Origin: an uncultured Micavibrio sp.
GTDB taxonomy: Bacteria > Pseudomonadota > Alphaproteobacteria > Micavibrionales > Micavibrionaceae
DNA: 64,000 bases
NCBI GenBank assembly: GCA_964633355.1
Contig: CAZWGO010000006.1
Coordinates: forward strand, 23,255-87,254
Direction: 5' to 3'
The notes under the pieces are model-generated. The model was not told the DNA's origin, ran no database searches, and saw only the letters and a list, made by a program, of their open reading frames with translations. The translations under genes and the position numbers were made by a program. Position 1 is the first letter of the stretch, and the number at the start of each line of letters is the position of its first letter. Positions 61,491 through 64,000 of this stretch are shown here, piece by piece.

Positions 61491-62062
61491 CAGCTTACTA
61501 TCTCCAGAAAATTTTTGATAACCGCATGACCATGTTCGGTCGCAATACTCTCGGGATGGAACAAGACGCCGTGAATGGGTTTTGTTTTATGCTGCAAACC
61601 CATGATAATACCATCCTCGGTCCATGATGTTGCTTCGAGAACATCGGGAAAACTTTCACGCTCTGCAATCAGAGAATGATATCGTGTAACGTCGTATGGT
61701 GAGGGCAGGTCTTTAAAAACACCTTTGCCGTCATGCTTTATTTTCGACAATTTGCCATGCATCGGGGCGGGGGCGCGAACAATCTTGCCGCCAAAGGCCT
61801 GCGCTATCGATTGAAAGCCGAGACAGACGCCAAACATCGGAATGTCCTGCTCGGCGCAAGACTTCACGAGATCAAGACAAATTCCAGCCTGATCCGGATT
61901 GCAAGGGCCGGGCGATAAAACAATCGCTGAAGGCTTTTCGCTTAAAACCTGCTCAACTGTTTTCTCATCATTACGGATCACATGGCAAACCTCGCCCAGA
62001 TCGCCGAAATACTGGACAAGGTTAAAAGTAAAACTGTCATAGTTATCGATTAAGGTGATCAT
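61490..62062 (-). CDS. trpG: anthranilate synthase component II (glutamine amidotransferase)
   Basis: Contains IDNYDSFTFNLVQY, GVCLGFQ and HPES. Confidence 0.95.
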   Translation of the reverse strand: MITLIDNYDSFTFNLVQYFGDLGEVCHVIRNDEKTVEQVLSEKPSAIVLSPGPCNPDQAGICLDLVKSCAEQDIPMFGVCLGFQSIAQAFGGKIVRAPAPMHGKLSKIKHDGKGVFKDLPSPYDVTRYHSLIAERESFPDVLEATSWTEDGIIMGLQHKTKPIHGVLFHPESIATEHGHAVIKNFLEIVS

Positions 62063-63567
62063 AATTCATTATGCGCTTTTTGTTGTCTGAATGCATTTTC
62101 AAGCGCGTCTTCAGCAGCCATGGTAATGGCGCGGGCTTTGATAATCGTTTCATTATACTCGGATTCCAGTTCGCTATCGGCAACAATGCCTGCGCCAGAC
62201 TGAACATGAATTTTACCGTCTTTGATCAGGGCAGTGCGAAGCGCGATGCAAGTATCTACATTGCCGTTTCCGGCAAGATAGCCGATACAACCGCCATAGA
62301 ATTTACGCTTTTCTGGTTCCAGCTCGTCGATAATTTCCATGGCGCGGATTTTCGGTGCACCCGAAACGGTTCCTGCCGGAAAGCCCGCCATCAAGGCGTC
62401 GAGCGGATCGATATCCGACCTCAAATCTCCTTCGACATTCGAAATGATATGCATGACGTGGGAATAATATTCGATGATGAATTTTTCTGTAACATTGACA
62501 CTGCCGATATCAGATACGCGGCCTACATCGTTGCGGCCAAGATCCAGTAGCATCAAATGCTCGGCCAATTCTTTCGGATCGGATAAAAGATCTGCGGCTA
62601 AAGCATCATCTTCGAGCTTATCCTTACCGCGCCGGCGTGTTCCGGCAATCGGACGGATAGTAATCTTTCCGTCGCGCACGCGGACCAGAATTTCAGGGCT
62701 GGACCCGATCAATGAGAACCCCGGGAAATCGACGAAGAATAAAAACGGTGATGGATTCACGCGGCGCAAAGAGCGGTAGCAATCGAAAGCCGATAACGGA
62801 AAATCTGCCGAAAAGCGTTGTGACAAAACGACCTGAAAAATATCGCCAGACAAAATATATTCCTTGGCGCGTTTCACCATGCCGAAGAAATCGTCCTTCG
62901 ACATATTAGCTTTGAAATCAATCAAAGGGGGCAATTCTTTGGGCTGCGCCGACAACGGACGAGGCGCATTCAGCTTGGCGATGACGTCTTCGATCCGCGC
63001 TACTTTCGCATCATAAATACTGCGTGCAGATTTCTCCGAATTATTCTGATGCTCGTAAACCGGACTCGTGATGCAAATCTGGTGTTTTAGATTGTCGAAG
63101 ATCACGAGGATTTGTGGCCGTGAGAAAATAGAATCCGGAATACTCAAAGTATCTGGATTGTCATCTGGAATTCGCTCCACTTCGCGGATCATGTCATACC
63201 CCATGAATCCGAACAGGCCCGAAGGCGCCATTGGCGGCAGGCCGTCCGGCACGATATCGAGACGGCAATCTTTCATGGTTTTTTTAAGCGATACCAACGG
63301 CGCATCGTGCTGTGGATGAGAATTAATTGACACGATATCGTTCTGGTAAGACCAGATCAAATCCGGATCGAAGCCAAGAATAGTGTAGCGGCCCAGCGTA
63401 TTGCCGCCTTCGACAGATTCAAGCAGGAAAGAATAGGATTGATCCGTGCATAATTTCAGGTAAGCCGAAATCGGCGTTTCAGTATCGGCGACGATCCACG
63501 CCCAGACAAGCTGTGTCTGTCCGTTCTCAAAATGCGTTGTAAAGCTTTCTAAGTCAGGACCCTGCAT
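62059..63567 (-). CDS. trpE: anthranilate synthase component I
   Basis: 502 aa with LLESVEGG, GDIFQVVLSQRF, GTVSGAPKIRAMEII and GGCIGY. Confidence 0.96.
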   Translation of the reverse strand: MQGPDLESFTTHFENGQTQLVWAWIVADTETPISAYLKLCTDQSYSFLLESVEGGNTLGRYTILGFDPDLIWSYQNDIVSINSHPQHDAPLVSLKKTMKDCRLDIVPDGLPPMAPSGLFGFMGYDMIREVERIPDDNPDTLSIPDSIFSRPQILVIFDNLKHQICITSPVYEHQNNSEKSARSIYDAKVARIEDVIAKLNAPRPLSAQPKELPPLIDFKANMSKDDFFGMVKRAKEYILSGDIFQVVLSQRFSADFPLSAFDCYRSLRRVNPSPFLFFVDFPGFSLIGSSPEILVRVRDGKITIRPIAGTRRRGKDKLEDDALAADLLSDPKELAEHLMLLDLGRNDVGRVSDIGSVNVTEKFIIEYYSHVMHIISNVEGDLRSDIDPLDALMAGFPAGTVSGAPKIRAMEIIDELEPEKRKFYGGCIGYLAGNGNVDTCIALRTALIKDGKIHVQSGAGIVADSELESEYNETIIKARAITMAAEDALENAFRQQKAHNEL

Positions 63568-64000
63568 TACTGTTCCGTAGATGCCTGTCCATACATGCGG
63601 TCCAGCAAGGGCTTATTGATTTCGACCTTATTGCTGCGTTCGATATGGTTGATGAACGACACGAAACGTTCTTCCTGCATATCGAGAGAAAGATTCTTCT
63701 CGATATCGGCCAGTTCAGATTTCGACGGTTCTTTTTTCGGCAATGATACATTTTTGACTTTTACGATCTGGATGGACTCGATATCTGGAATGGCAACAGC
63801 CTTGTTTATATCTGTCGCCATGATTTGTGCCACGCCTTGGGAATTCAATCCCTCCGGCGCTTTTGATCCGCGCACAATCTTCGCTGTTTTTATCTTGGCC
63901 TTATTTTCGGCGGCAATTTTTTGCAGCGTGGTTTTTCCTGAATCGAGATCGCTGGTAATCTCTAGCGATTTAACCAGAAGCTTTCTTCTTTTCTCCAAAG
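63567..64000 (-). CDS. C-terminal part of a PpiD/SurA-like periplasmic chaperone (truncated by the window edge)
   Basis: The ORF is open to the window end. I call it only from its position upstream of trpE, which is common in alphaproteobacteria, and from its Lys/Glu-rich C-terminal character. No PPIase motif is visible in this fragment. Confidence 0.4.
   Translation of the reverse strand, partial: LEKRRKLLVKSLEITSDLDSGKTTLQKIAAENKAKIKTAKIVRGSKAPEGLNSQGVAQIMATDINKAVAIPDIESIQIVKVKNVSLPKKEPSKSELADIEKNLSLDMQEERFVSFINHIERSNKVEINKPLLDRMYGQASTEQ

Overview
This window looks like conserved core chromosome from an alphaproteobacterium. I infer that from gene order and protein motifs only; no search was run. 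On the + strand it carries clpP and lon, tRNA-Val, ald and tRNA-Asp. These are followed by a complete nuoA-N (complex I) operon and then birA-coaX-rnj, proS, lolCE-lolD and dnaE. Next comes rpsB-tsf-pyrH-frr-uppS-cdsA-dxr-rseP-bamA-skp-lpxD-fabZ-lpxA-lpxI-lpxB. On the - strand are gltA, gltX, lexA, trpCDGE and a truncated ppiD-like gene; comEC lies on the + strand. I see no CRISPR array, transposase, integrase, phage module or recognisable defence island, and no convincing multi-gene novel system. The unusual content is small and scattered. (1) Four non-nuo ORFs sit at three junctions inside the nuo operon; one is antisense and overlaps the nuoF 3' end, and one is Nudix-like. (2) A FixL-type heme-PAS hybrid kinase is paired with a Cys-bearing single-domain receiver and a stand-alone GAF protein, with no DNA-binding output nearby. 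(3) A pilin-like orphan ORF upstream of clpP is bracketed by about 89-bp and about 42-bp direct repeats. (4) The tRNA-Asp 3' end is duplicated 78 bp downstream, with an inverted T-arm copy between the two. (5) An AT-rich, Cys-rich secreted ORF is start/stop-coupled to dnaE. (6) proS is of the archaeal/eukaryote-like type. (7) A family of short GC-rich palindromic intergenic elements is present. Functions for the orphan ORFs are inferences from weak motifs and need profile or structure searches.
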